A DNA stretch of 64,000 nt from the NCBI GenBank assembly GCA_047602425.1, contig JASGHG010000001.1, forward strand, positions 4,256,001 to 4,320,000, in the 5' to 3' direction. The position numbers and the translations under genes are program-made. This DNA comes from Nibricoccus sp. GTDB taxonomy: Bacteria; Verrucomicrobiota; Verrucomicrobiia; Opitutales; Opitutaceae. The number at the start of each line of letters is the position of its first letter. Positions within the stretch are counted from its first letter, which is position 1. Of the stretch, positions 19,570 to 28,752 are shown in pieces. The notes below the pieces were generated by a model. The model was not told the DNA's origin. It saw only the letters and a list, made by a program, of their open reading frames with translations, and did no database searches.

Positions 19570-19586
19570 GGTCGTGAAGAGTCTGA

Positions 19587-20855
19587 TTAAAGAATGTTGG
19601 CGTGGCCCTGTCCTTGCGTGCAGTCGGAGGGCGTGAAGAAATACCCGCCGAATATGGTATAGCTGCCGCGATCGGCGGTTTCGGGATCGGTGATCGGCTG
19701 GCCGGAATTATCAAGATTGGTTGCCGGGGTCTGGCCGGGTTTGTGCGTCCAGTAGCCGTTGCTATCGAGCCGATACCAATGGAAATCCGGCCAGTAGGGA
19801 TCAGGATCGATGACCATCGCGAGTTTGGTTTTTCCTTCGGGAGAAATCGAAGTCGCATCCGTCGGTTCCAGTCCATCGGAAATAGCCCCCGCGCTTACTT
19901 CCGCGACGTTGACGTTCACATACATATTGCCGCTCGCTCGTCCCGGTTGGGCGAAGGTGTCGGTTCGGCGGTTGTTGGAATAGTTGTAGCAATTATTGTT
20001 ATATTGGATGGTTCCCCAATCGTTCCAGTACCAGGGCTCGTAAGCCGGCGTGCAGTAGGTTGTAGAATTAATATATGCGGTGATTTTGAACCCGCTCCCG
20101 TAGGTGGGTGTGCTTGCGGTCGCGTTAACGGCATCGCGCGCATCGGTCCAGAAATACCAATCCCCCTCCGTTGAAAGCGTGACCGTTCTAACCACCGTAC
20201 CGCTACCTCCCGACTGTGGCGCATAAGCGCCTCCGCCGTTGTCGAGCACACCTGAAGGCGGCAGAATATTGTAGCGGATGCCGTTGAGATTTCCGTCTGC
20301 ATCGGTGGCGCCGTAGTTGATCGTCACGGTCGTTCCCACCGGAACGGAGTCGCCGGAGCTGCGGCCATTCACCGAGATTGACGGGACAGGCGGCGTGTTG
20401 GCCGGCGTGCCATAACCATTGATCCACCCATGCACGGGCATGGTGTACCCGGCGCAATAGGCGTAACCTTGGATCCAACTGCTCGAAGGCATCACGACGT
20501 TGGTATACGACGCAGACTCATAGGCGCCGAGTGCATTGGTGAATGTCCAGATTGTCGCGGAGTCGGCGATCCACTGGCTACCGACTTTGTGAATATTGTT
20601 TACCTGCATGCTGACACCGGCCTCGCTCCAGTAGCTCCAGGAAAAACTGGAAAGTGGTCCGAAGCTCGCGGAGGCTTCTGCGTAATCGTTGCCGCCTCCT
20701 ACGGTATCGGCATAGAGGTAGACGTCGTAGTTAGCGTAGCCGCGGGCGTTGAAGTCGACCAAAGTCGTGCCTGTGAATGACTGCGCGTGAATTTTCGACG
20801 AAACGAAAAGGGCCAGCACAGCCAGCCCGATGCTGCGAATACAAGAGGTATTCAT
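19587..20855 (-). CDS. Secreted multidomain protein: beta domain, Ig-like domain and C-terminal NNCYNY/DFHWYR/WTHKPG putative papain-like domain
   Basis: Signal peptide. Ig-like segment NTPPVPSISV...GATDADGNL...WYFWTDARD. C-terminal YEPWYWN...QYNNNCYNYSNN.RTDTFAQPG...DFHWYRLD.NG.WTHKPG.T.ATNLD.SG..I.DP..ADRG.Y. Confidence 0.75.
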   Translation of the reverse strand: MNTSCIRSIGLAVLALFVSSKIHAQSFTGTTLVDFNARGYANYDVYLYADTVGGGNDYAEASASFGPLSSFSWSYWSEAGVSMQVNNIHKVGSQWIADSATIWTFTNALGAYESASYTNVVMPSSSWIQGYAYCAGYTMPVHGWINGYGTPANTPPVPSISVNGRSSGDSVPVGTTVTINYGATDADGNLNGIRYNILPPSGVLDNGGGAYAPQSGGSGTVVRTVTLSTEGDWYFWTDARDAVNATASTPTYGSGFKITAYINSTTYCTPAYEPWYWNDWGTIQYNNNCYNYSNNRRTDTFAQPGRASGNMYVNVNVAEVSAGAISDGLEPTDATSISPEGKTKLAMVIDPDPYWPDFHWYRLDSNGYWTHKPGQTPATNLDNSGQPITDPETADRGSYTIFGGYFFTPSDCTQGQGHANIL

Positions 20856-21111
20856 GATTCCGAGTGTTTGGGGTTATTGCCCGATGCCGCCATTGACCGG
20901 GCTCGCGTGAAACAAATCTGAACGCGCGATTTTCGCAACCGGTACGTCACCTGTGTCTGAATCCATAGCCGCTGATCATGTGTGACCACCCCGACAAAAA
21001 TAACCTGAGCGCGGACGCCTCCCTTGGGCGGAGGCTTGGGGTTTTCCGGCTTTTATCTTTCAGCCGGAAGGCTTGGTGCGAGCGAAAGGAAACAGGGGAT
21101 GTCCGGCTCCC

Positions 21112-22011
21112 TTAGGGCTTCTGAAGAGTTACGGCTTTCGACCCGGCCACTTGCTCCAAAAAATCATCGATCTGTTTTTTGGCGTCGTCACGCGCCTTGC
21201 GATTTCCTTCGGCGGTGCCTCCCATCATGTAGCCGTCGTTCAAGGTGTGCCCGGCGTTCTCGTAACTGAAATGCCGGTACCAGTGCGTGAATTTTTTTTC
21301 GGCCAGTCGTTTTTCAATCATCGCGCCCATCCGAGTTGAAGGCCACATGGTGTCGGCTTTCCCCGTCAAAATGAGGATTGGACCGTTGATATTTTCGACC
21401 GGGATGGCCCCCTTTTCCACCGCCTCCTTTTGCTCAAGCGACAGCCGGTACGCTTCGACGTATTCGTTGTTCACGATCTTGCTGAAGTCGTAGTCGGCAT
21501 AGGGCACGAAGGGGACAGAGTCGCCTTTGTACGACCAGCTGGACACGCGCTGACCGCCGATGCCTTGAAAAACCACCGAACTCGGAACGGCAGCAATGAC
21601 GCCGTTTATCTGCGGATATCGTGACGCCAGCAGCAGAGCGAGTTCCCCGCCTTTCGATCCACCCCAAACCACCAATTTTTTGTCGCCGACTTCAGGTTTG
21701 GCTTGGAACAGTTCAATCACGGCCTCGAAGTACTCGAGGGGAATCAGCTCAAGACGCTCCGGGGTGTGAGGTGTCCGGAAATAACCGGTTACCATGCATG
21801 CGTACCCTTTTTCGGTAAACCCCTTGGTGTCGTAGTAATCGGGAAAGCCGCCTTCTGAGCCGCCCAGCATCAGGATCGCCACATTTTTGGGCTTCCCAGT
21901 GGGTGGATGGTAAATGACATCAACCGTTTTACCCGCCCAAACGGATTCCGCCCTTGAAGAAGTCATCAGCACAACAATCGAAGCCAGGAGGATGAGGAAT
22001 TTTCTAGTCAT
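21112..22011 (-). CDS. Acyl-CoA thioester hydrolase/BAAT-like alpha/beta hydrolase, secreted
   Basis: LGGSEGG, PLEYF, nucleophile GGSKGGELALL, IPVENINGPIL, D.MWPS and YENAGH. Confidence 0.9.
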   Translation of the reverse strand: MTRKFLILLASIVVLMTSSRAESVWAGKTVDVIYHPPTGKPKNVAILMLGGSEGGFPDYYDTKGFTEKGYACMVTGYFRTPHTPERLELIPLEYFEAVIELFQAKPEVGDKKLVVWGGSKGGELALLLASRYPQINGVIAAVPSSVVFQGIGGQRVSSWSYKGDSVPFVPYADYDFSKIVNNEYVEAYRLSLEQKEAVEKGAIPVENINGPILILTGKADTMWPSTRMGAMIEKRLAEKKFTHWYRHFSYENAGHTLNDGYMMGGTAEGNRKARDDAKKQIDDFLEQVAGSKAVTLQKP

Positions 22012-22251
22012 GGGATAACTGTAACACGCGACGAAATGCAGTCAGACCAAATACCCAAGACGACCCTGCCCAGTTACAACTATCATTCAGTCGTGTTGAG
22101 GATTTTACGTTCGTTCTTTCCGAAATTGTCCTTCTGTTTAGAAAAATATCCGTAAGTAGGCTAAGATTCGGAGTAATCCAGTGCGGGTGCATCCCAAAAG
22201 GGATGCAAAGGAGTCGAACTACCGACGTACGCCGACGAACACGGACAAGAT

Positions 22252-23205
22252 TCAGCGCATGCGGGCGAAGGTCTTCGAGAGCAGTTCGAGGTCGCTCGCG
22301 TGCTTTGTCTTTTCGCGGGTGTTGGCGATGAGTTTTTGTTCGAGGGCGTTCTTGGTCGGGCGGGTTTTGTTTTCGTAGAACACGCCGAACCGGCCGGGCC
22401 AGGGCTCAACCGCCAACTTGAAGGCGGCCAACTCGTCAGTCGGATCGTGACGCGCGGCATCCTCGGGCGTGCCGTCGTTTTTCTTCAATTCAATGGTTTG
22501 GAAAGCGCCGCCTTTGCGCGGAACGGCGGAGTCGAATGCGCCTTCGAAAAACTCGACGCATTCGGAAAGAATTTCGACGACCGAGAAACCGTCGTGGTTC
22601 GCGGCGCGGAGCATCATCTCGACCATGTGATTGATCTGCGTGGCGTGGCTGCGGGCGACGAAAGTGGCGCCGCTGTCGATAAGCGTGCGCATCGGATTGA
22701 TGGGCTGGTCGAAGGCGCCCCACGGGTCGGTCTTGGATTTGAAGCCGAGCGGCGAGGTGGGCGATGTTTGTTTTTTCGTCAGGCCATAAACGGAATTGTC
22801 CATGATGACGTAGGTCAGACGTGGATTCTTGCGTGCGGTGTGGACGAGATGGTTCCCCCCGATGGAGAAGCCGTCGCCGTCGCCGCCGAAGACAAAGACA
22901 TGCAGGTCGTCGCGACCGAGACTGATGCCCGCGGCAAAGGGGAGCGAGCGACCGTGAATGTAGTGGCCGCCGTGCGTGTTGACGAAATACGGGAAACGCG
23001 AGGAGCAGCCGATACCGGCGAAGGTGACGATTTTTTCCTGCGGGTAGTTTAGCTTTTCAAGGACCTTGTAGAAGGCGGCGAGCACAGCGAAGTCGCCGCA
23101 ACCGGGGCACCAAGTCGGGTGATCGGCGGTGAGAGTTTTCTTGGTGAGCGGCGCACGCGGTGCGTCGGGGAGCGGGGCGGGGGCGGGAAGAGTGGAAGAG
23201 GACAT
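22252..23205 (-). CDS. korB: 2-oxoacid:ferredoxin oxidoreductase beta subunit
   Basis: PTWCPGCGDF, GIGCSSR, HGR, GGDGDG TPP motif and DNSVYGLTKKQTSPT. Confidence 0.93.
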   Translation of the reverse strand: MSSSTLPAPAPLPDAPRAPLTKKTLTADHPTWCPGCGDFAVLAAFYKVLEKLNYPQEKIVTFAGIGCSSRFPYFVNTHGGHYIHGRSLPFAAGISLGRDDLHVFVFGGDGDGFSIGGNHLVHTARKNPRLTYVIMDNSVYGLTKKQTSPTSPLGFKSKTDPWGAFDQPINPMRTLIDSGATFVARSHATQINHMVEMMLRAANHDGFSVVEILSECVEFFEGAFDSAVPRKGGAFQTIELKKNDGTPEDAARHDPTDELAAFKLAVEPWPGRFGVFYENKTRPTKNALEQKLIANTREKTKHASDLELLSKTFARMR

Positions 23206-23214
23206 GGGGGCGGA

Positions 23215-23263
23215 GTCGGAAGTCGGAGGTCGGAAGTCGGAGGTCGGAAGTCGAGAGTGCGGA
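23215..23263. repeat. Heptamer tandem array (GTCGGAR)n between korA and korB
   Basis: gtcggaa gtcggag gtcggaa gtcggag gtcggaa gtcgaga gtgcgga. Confidence 0.85.
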
Positions 23264-23286
23264 GTGGGCTGGAATCAAAAACGCGT

Positions 23287-25164
23287 TCAGGTGCGAATCG
23301 CGGCGGCAAGGGGGCTTTGTTTGCGCATGCCGAAAGAAGTGTCGGCGAGGCCGAGGTGTTTCGCGACGCGTTCGACGATGTCGCTGATCTTGTATGTCAG
23401 GCCGTCGGTCTTCGTGATGCTGGCGATCGCCGGGTTGCAGTAGCGCGCGCGCAGAAGCGTCGCGAGCTGGCCGTAACCGTAGAGGCCTTCGTCGTTGATT
23501 TCGACGACGAGGATATTTTTGTACCTGGCAAAGATCTCGTCCAGGCCCTCATCGAGCGGGTGGAGATGGCGGATTTGAAGATGGCCGGCTTTGGTACCGG
23601 CTTTGCGGAGACGGCCGACGGCTTCGCGGATGGGACCGTACGTGCAACCCCAACCAACGAGCAGAACCTCGCCCGTTTCGTCGCCAAAGAGTTCCGGTGC
23701 ATCGTAGGTGGCGGCGACGGATTTGATTTTCTCGCGGCGCTTGGCGGTCATCTTCGTGTGCAGGACCGGGCTCGCGGTGGGATGGCCGAATTCGTCGTGC
23801 TCAAGGCCGGTGACAGTAGGATATTTGCCCGAGTTCATCCAGGCACCGGGAGGCGCGTGGCGTTGGGGCTGGTCGAGTGGGTAGGCTTTGAAATTGGCGT
23901 CGCGCGGGCTGAGATCGAGTTTTGGCGCGACCATGATTTTGGCGAGGTCGGGTTCGTCGAACGCCTCGATGCGCGTGGCCAGCGCCTGGTCGGTGAGGAT
24001 GATCACGGGCGTGCTGAATTCACGCGCGATGCGGGCCGCTTCCATCGCGATGTAGAAGCAGTCTTCGACATTTTTCGGCGCGAGGACGACGCGCGGGGAA
24101 TCGCCGTGGCTGCCATAGATGGCTTGGAGCAGGTCGCTTTGTTCGATGTTGGTGGGCATGCCGGTCGAAGGGCCGCCGCGCTGGACGTTGACGACGATGA
24201 GCGGCATTTCCGCCATGGTGGCCCAGCCGAGCGCTTCCATCTTGAGCGAAAGTCCGGGACCGGAACTACCGGTGATCGCCAAATGTCCGCTGTACGAAAA
24301 GCCGAGCGCGGTCGAGGCGGCGGCGATTTCGTCTTCGCATTGCACGAAGATGCCGCCGTATTTCGGCAATTCGGTGCGCAATGTTTCCATGATCGAGGAC
24401 CAGGGGGTGATCGGATAACCGGCGCCGTGGCGGACGCCTGCGGCGATCAATCCGTAGGTGAGGGCGGAATTGCCATCGGTCGTGATCTGCGGGCGGCCGC
24501 CGTTGGCGGTGGCTTCCGGTTTTGCCAGTCGGTAAAGGCAGTTGCGCAGATTCTCGGCCGGGTACGCATAGCCGGCATCGAAGGCGACGAGCGCGTTGCG
24601 GACGATGTCCTCGTTTTTGCCACCGAAACGTTCCTTGATCAGTTGGGTGAGCTTCGGCACGTCGAGGTCGAACATACGCGCGAGCAGACCGAGCACGTAG
24701 ATGTTTTTCCCCTTCTCCTTGGTGGAACCGCCAACCGCCTCGACGGTGGCGCTGGTCATCGGCACGGGCACGGCAGTAACTTCCTTGTCCTCGGGATTTG
24801 GCGTGACGTGATCGGAATCGTAGAGGAGCACGCCGCCTGGTCGCAGCGAGGCGCGGTGGTTTTCGTAACTGTGTTGGTAGAAGGCGACGAGGAGATCGGC
24901 GCGATCGCCAGCGGACAGAATTTCGCCGGAGCCCATGCGGACTTGGAAAATCGAGGGCCCGCCGGAGATGGTGGACGGGATGGTCATGTACGTCATGACC
25001 TCTTGGTCGGAACGTCCGGCGAGCCGGGCGAGAAAAGCGCCGACGGCTTGAATGCCGTCCTGCGAGTTGCCCGCCAATCGGATGACGACGTCGGGAATAG
25101 TGAGGAGTTGTTCGTTGGAGCGAACTGTCGCGCCAACGGCCGGAGTGGGGATGGGGCTGACCAT
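23287..25164 (-). CDS. korA: 2-oxoacid:acceptor oxidoreductase alpha subunit (gamma-alpha fusion)
   Basis: IRLAGNSQDGIQ, GYPITP, QCEDEIAA, SSGPGLSLKME, VQRGGPSTGMPT and GLEHDE. Confidence 0.93.
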   Translation of the reverse strand: MVSPIPTPAVGATVRSNEQLLTIPDVVIRLAGNSQDGIQAVGAFLARLAGRSDQEVMTYMTIPSTISGGPSIFQVRMGSGEILSAGDRADLLVAFYQHSYENHRASLRPGGVLLYDSDHVTPNPEDKEVTAVPVPMTSATVEAVGGSTKEKGKNIYVLGLLARMFDLDVPKLTQLIKERFGGKNEDIVRNALVAFDAGYAYPAENLRNCLYRLAKPEATANGGRPQITTDGNSALTYGLIAAGVRHGAGYPITPWSSIMETLRTELPKYGGIFVQCEDEIAAASTALGFSYSGHLAITGSSGPGLSLKMEALGWATMAEMPLIVVNVQRGGPSTGMPTNIEQSDLLQAIYGSHGDSPRVVLAPKNVEDCFYIAMEAARIAREFSTPVIILTDQALATRIEAFDEPDLAKIMVAPKLDLSPRDANFKAYPLDQPQRHAPPGAWMNSGKYPTVTGLEHDEFGHPTASPVLHTKMTAKRREKIKSVAATYDAPELFGDETGEVLLVGWGCTYGPIREAVGRLRKAGTKAGHLQIRHLHPLDEGLDEIFARYKNILVVEINDEGLYGYGQLATLLRARYCNPAIASITKTDGLTYKISDIVERVAKHLGLADTSFGMRKQSPLAAAIRT

Positions 25165-25728
25165 GTACCACGCTGTGCACTTCAGTCATCTGGTAAAGTC
25201 TCCCATACCAAATTAGGGCATTTTTTTATGAGAAGGCCGGATTTGGCCTGCCGGGATCGCCGATGCCCGCCATTGAACGCGAAAACGCATGGCGCTGAAG
25301 CTGCGTCACCTGTGTTTTTTTCTGTAACAGGTTCGCGGTTTATCCTGAACAGGAAGGAATGAAGAAACGGAGAAGTTGTTTGATAAAAGGAGCGCGGAGA
25401 TCTGCAAAACCAGATCTTCGCCTCGGTGGACAGGTGCGCGATTTCAAGCGGTGAGGCGTATCTCCGGGTCCGAACTCCTACCGTTCCATTAAGTCTCGCT
25501 CGTCTATTGCGCAACAATGTGAACACGGGAGGCGTTGTCTCGAAGTCATTTTGATGCGCTTTGAGCGGGGTTACTTTACCCCCATCGCTTGGCGGCGTTG
25601 GATCACTTTCCGGTTCGCGGACTCTCCGTGCGCGAATCGAAAAAAACAGCGGGACGTTTACCTCGGCTGGCGCACCGCTGGTTCAGGTCGCGGGAGCGAC
25701 CGGTCACTAGAGCCGAACCCTAAAACAT

Positions 25729-26142
25729 ATGAATACGCTAACTAAGCTTACGCGCCATTTCGTGGTGCTTGCAGCGCTGATTTCGTCAGTGCTTTCGCTG
25801 TCGGCCGTGACGGTCAATGTCGGATATATTACCTCAAGCGTCTCGTTTTCATTCAGCGCCAACACGGATGCTGAGATCTATATCCGCAACCTCGATACCA
25901 ATGAGGTCGTCGCCAGAGGGTGGTATGACTACTTCTCAGGTTGTCATGCAGAAACGTATATAGATGGACCAAGCGGGTACGGCTATTACGACTCAGGCGA
26001 GGTGTACGATCTTCCACCGGGAAACTACGAACTTGAAATATGGGGCCCCGGAACGCTCGGTGGCTCTTCCTTTAACGGCGGATGGGGTTCCGTCTGGTAC
26101 ACCGGACCCTATGCTAACAGCATAACTTTTGGCATTAACTAA
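25729..26142 (+). CDS. Small secreted hypothetical protein
   Basis: Signal peptide MNTLTKLTRHFVVLAALISSVLSLSA. Gly/Tyr-rich with LPPGNYEL. Followed by a terminator. Confidence 0.72.
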   Translation: MNTLTKLTRHFVVLAALISSVLSLSAVTVNVGYITSSVSFSFSANTDAEIYIRNLDTNEVVARGWYDYFSGCHAETYIDGPSGYGYYDSGEVYDLPPGNYELEIWGPGTLGGSSFNGGWGSVWYTGPYANSITFGIN

Positions 26143-26155
26143 CCATTTGCTCAAC

Positions 26156-26196
26156 AGGGCAGAGTGCGCACGGGCGCCTCTGCCCTCGTTTTTTTG
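26156..26196 (+). terminator. Intrinsic terminator
   Basis: AGGGCAGAG...CTCTGCCCT followed by a T run. Confidence 0.7.
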
Positions 26197-26785
26197 AGTT
26201 GGGTAGTAAACGCCTGACGCTGCGAATATCGACGATTCGTTTGTGTCGTGAGTTTAAAGCTGAGGACGCCCTTCAGGAGAAAAACATCCGCCAGGATGAA
26301 AGAATTGGGATAGTCGGAGTCGCTGACCCCGATTCAGAATATCCGCTTTTCAACCGGCCAGCTTGTTGGCGGAAAGAACGTGAAAACCAGAAAAAGGAGC
26401 TCCTTTTTGAAAAGAGGAGATGCATGACGGCAAAAGTATAAGAGTGGAGCAGAAAAGGAGGTTCTCGTTTAGTAATGGATGTCCTGGCAGGCAGGTTGGC
26501 GATGTTTTGCCAGCGGCGGTGGACCAATTTGCAGAAAGGAGAACACAATTGGCCGAGAGCGGGCGAGTTTTTGGCGCAGTTCGTTAGTTGGCGATGCGGC
26601 TTATGCAATTTATCGGCAATACGTGAGGGCGCGGCGAAGGTCGTGCGATAAGATAAAGAGATGGACGATGGTTGTTGTTTTTATAACCGGGCGATAGGTA
26701 CAAAAACAAATTTTAGCGGTTTGACAAAGTTGTGGCCGGTGGACGGATTCGTCGGCACCTAAATCGGAAAGGAGGTGAAAAAATT

Positions 26786-27205
26786 ATGGCACGAAAAACG
26801 GTAAAGATAGGAGTCTCGACCACAGACCCTGCGGCGCTCGTGAAGCTCGCCGAGTCGATCGTCAAGCGTCAGAGCAGCGACAACGCCAGCAAGGCGGTGG
26901 GCGTGGAGATCGACATGGTCGCGTTCGCGGAGAAGGCCAAGTCCGTTAAGACTTGGCAGACCGACATCGAACAACTCAGCCGGCGGCTCGAAGAACTGAC
27001 CGGACAGCGCAACCAGCTCCTTGGGATCAGCGAGGGACAGAACTTGCAAACCAAAGGCACGCTCTTGTTCGAGATCATGCGCATTCGCGATCTCTTGCTC
27101 GGCGCGAGCCGCGGCAACGAGAAGGCGCTGGAGCCCTGGGGCTTCGACGTGACGGTTGGAGAAGCCAAGGCCCCGACCCGCAAAGCGAAGGCAGTTGCGG
27201 TTTGA
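26786..27205 (+). CDS. Hypothetical alpha-helical protein
   Basis: Strong SD AAGGAGGTGA 9-10 nt before ATG 26786, TTGACA upstream, host-like codon use, coiled-coil centre, C-terminal WGFDV and a downstream terminator. Confidence 0.8.
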   Translation: MARKTVKIGVSTTDPAALVKLAESIVKRQSSDNASKAVGVEIDMVAFAEKAKSVKTWQTDIEQLSRRLEELTGQRNQLLGISEGQNLQTKGTLLFEIMRIRDLLLGASRGNEKALEPWGFDVTVGEAKAPTRKAKAVAV

Positions 27206-27224
27206 TGGTTGTGGTTAGATTGCA

Positions 27225-27259
27225 AGGACGGGAGGAAGCACCTCCCGTCCTTTTTCTTT
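27225..27259 (+). terminator. Intrinsic terminator
   Basis: AGGACGGGAGG-AAGCA-CCTCCCGTCCT-TTTTCTTT. Confidence 0.85.
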
Positions 27260-27697
27260 GGGCGCAAAGGAATGGATCGAAAGGTGGAACCTGACGTCCC
27301 CGGCGGGTTGGTTCGGGTAAGGCCGCACCTTGCGTACGTGCCGGGTTTGGGGTTCGACCTGGTTTTTTCACGCGAAGGACGCGAAGTACGCGAAGGTCGG
27401 ATTTTTTAACCACTGATAATCACTTATGGTCACTGATGACTGGACCGAGAGGATTTTTATCAGCGTCTCTCAGTAAAAATACGGGTTCAACCTTCCGAAC
27501 CAAAGCTCGGACTTTTTTTAACCACAGATGAGCACAGATGGCGGAGGTCCGTGGCCGCATGGGTTGGTCGGTTTGATGGAGGGCGGGCCGCCGTGCCCGC
27601 CGGGCTCGGTGAGTCTCAGAGCGAAGGCTCGAGGAGATCGAAGAGGACCGGAGAGATCCACGCCGTCGAGGGCGCGTTCGATGGTGAGTTTTCCGGG

Positions 27698-27788
27698 GTG
27701 GGACGCGGCGTCCCGACGCGTCGAGCGACGTCATGTGGTTAGCGACGTCGCTTTCCAAACCAGCGAGTCGGGGACGCCTCGCTCCAAC
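27698..27788. repeat. REP-like inverted doublet
   Basis: GTGGGACGCGGCGTCCCGACGCG faces the reverse complement of GTTGGAGCGAGGCGTCCCCGACTCGC. Confidence 0.6.
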
Positions 27789-27795
27789 TTCAGAG

Positions 27796-27884
27796 TTTCA
27801 ACCGGGCGAGTTGGAGGTTTCGGAAATGATCGGCGCCGTGGCGGTCGAGCGCCTTCTGCGCCTCGCGCAGCGCCTGCTTCTTCA
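27796..27884. repeat. 89-bp direct repeat, copy 1
   Basis: Matches 28753-28841 with 5 substitutions. Confidence 0.95.
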
Positions 27885-28084
27885 GCTATCGCCGGTGGAA
27901 GTCCCGACACGTCGAGCGAGGTCGCTGGCGAGCCCTTTGCGATTCTTGGCGATCTTGGTGTTCAAAACGGATCGGAAAAGGAAGTGGAACACGAAGAGCA
28001 CCAAGTTCCGCAAAGAAGATGTCGGACCCCAAAAAACCGTGCCCTGACCATTTTTCAGCGCCCTGGCGTTCTGCTCCGTCATAG

Positions 28085-28432
28085 TCAGGGTCTTGTCGTC
28101 ATCGAAAACTTTTTCACGCCGTTCTTTCTGCAAATCTCCATGATTTTTGAAATCGGCTCGAACTTACCCTTTTCGGACGCACAAATTAAAACTGACGCCT
28201 CTGGATCTTTGTTAACCAAGGCGCGCAATATCTCTGCGATGCTGCTTTCATCGACCGCTCTTCCTTGAATCGTTGCTTTACCAGTCGCGTCCAGATCGAT
28301 TTGAAGCTGAAAAGAACTGCTCGCAGTCACAATCTGATCAGCCTGTTTGGGCGTATCCTCGGCAGCCCAAAGGCACGAGTACAGTGACGCTGCGCTAAAT
28401 AGAAACGATAAGGCAGTTTTAGTTTTCTTCAT
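28085..28432 (-). CDS. ExbD/TolR-like periplasmic domain protein (stand-alone)
   Basis: N-terminal signal or hydrophobic segment. IDLDATGKATIQG...VLICASEKGKFEPISKIMEICRKNGVKKFSM resembles the ExbD C-terminal domain. AT-richer than its flanks. Confidence 0.65.
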   Translation of the reverse strand: MKKTKTALSFLFSAASLYSCLWAAEDTPKQADQIVTASSSFQLQIDLDATGKATIQGRAVDESSIAEILRALVNKDPEASVLICASEKGKFEPISKIMEICRKNGVKKFSMTTRP

Positions 28433-28675
28433 TTGGTGAATGATTTTGTAAAGAGTGGTTTATCCCTCTCACGACTGTTTTGCCGACGGCAACTCGGTAG
28501 AGGGCATCCGCCGACAAGGGTGGAAAAAGGCCACCGAGATTTGTCTGGTCCGTCAACTACTGAAGGCAAGACTGGTGCGGGAATTTTCTGAGGTTATGGT
28601 TCGCTTGAGTCTGTTGGCGTCAGTCAAATGTCAGGACGTGAGGTGTTCAGCCCGATTAAAAACCATCGCCTTCCG

Positions 28676-28747
28676 AGGTGGAGCGACTTGTCCTCAAGAC
28701 GCTTGCCGGGCGTCGCGTGAGCCAACGCGTTGAGGTCTGTTCCACCT
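28676..28747. repeat. REP-like inverted doublet (GGTGGAGCG family)
   Basis: AGGTGGAGCGACTTGTCCTCAAGACGCT ... AACGCGTTGAGGTCTGTTCCACCT. Same family as 34506-34579. Confidence 0.7.
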
Positions 28748-28752
28748 AGGAT

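Noticed and set aside
23119..25362. Long antisense ORFs (e.g. 23119-25362, 31397-33040, 36237-38351, 56856-58466, 49563-50927)
   Set aside because: They are shadow frames opposite well-supported GC-rich genes and have no recognisable motifs.
26495..26620. Apparent 21-bp periodicity (TTGGC/TTTGC) upstream of the helical orphan gene
   Set aside because: Spacings are irregular (22, 21, 22, 17), too weak to call a repeat.
28020..28520. Integron attC sites around the ExbD-like gene
   Set aside because: No convincing RYYYAAC...GTTRRRY core pair with internal dyad could be read, and there is no integrase in the window.
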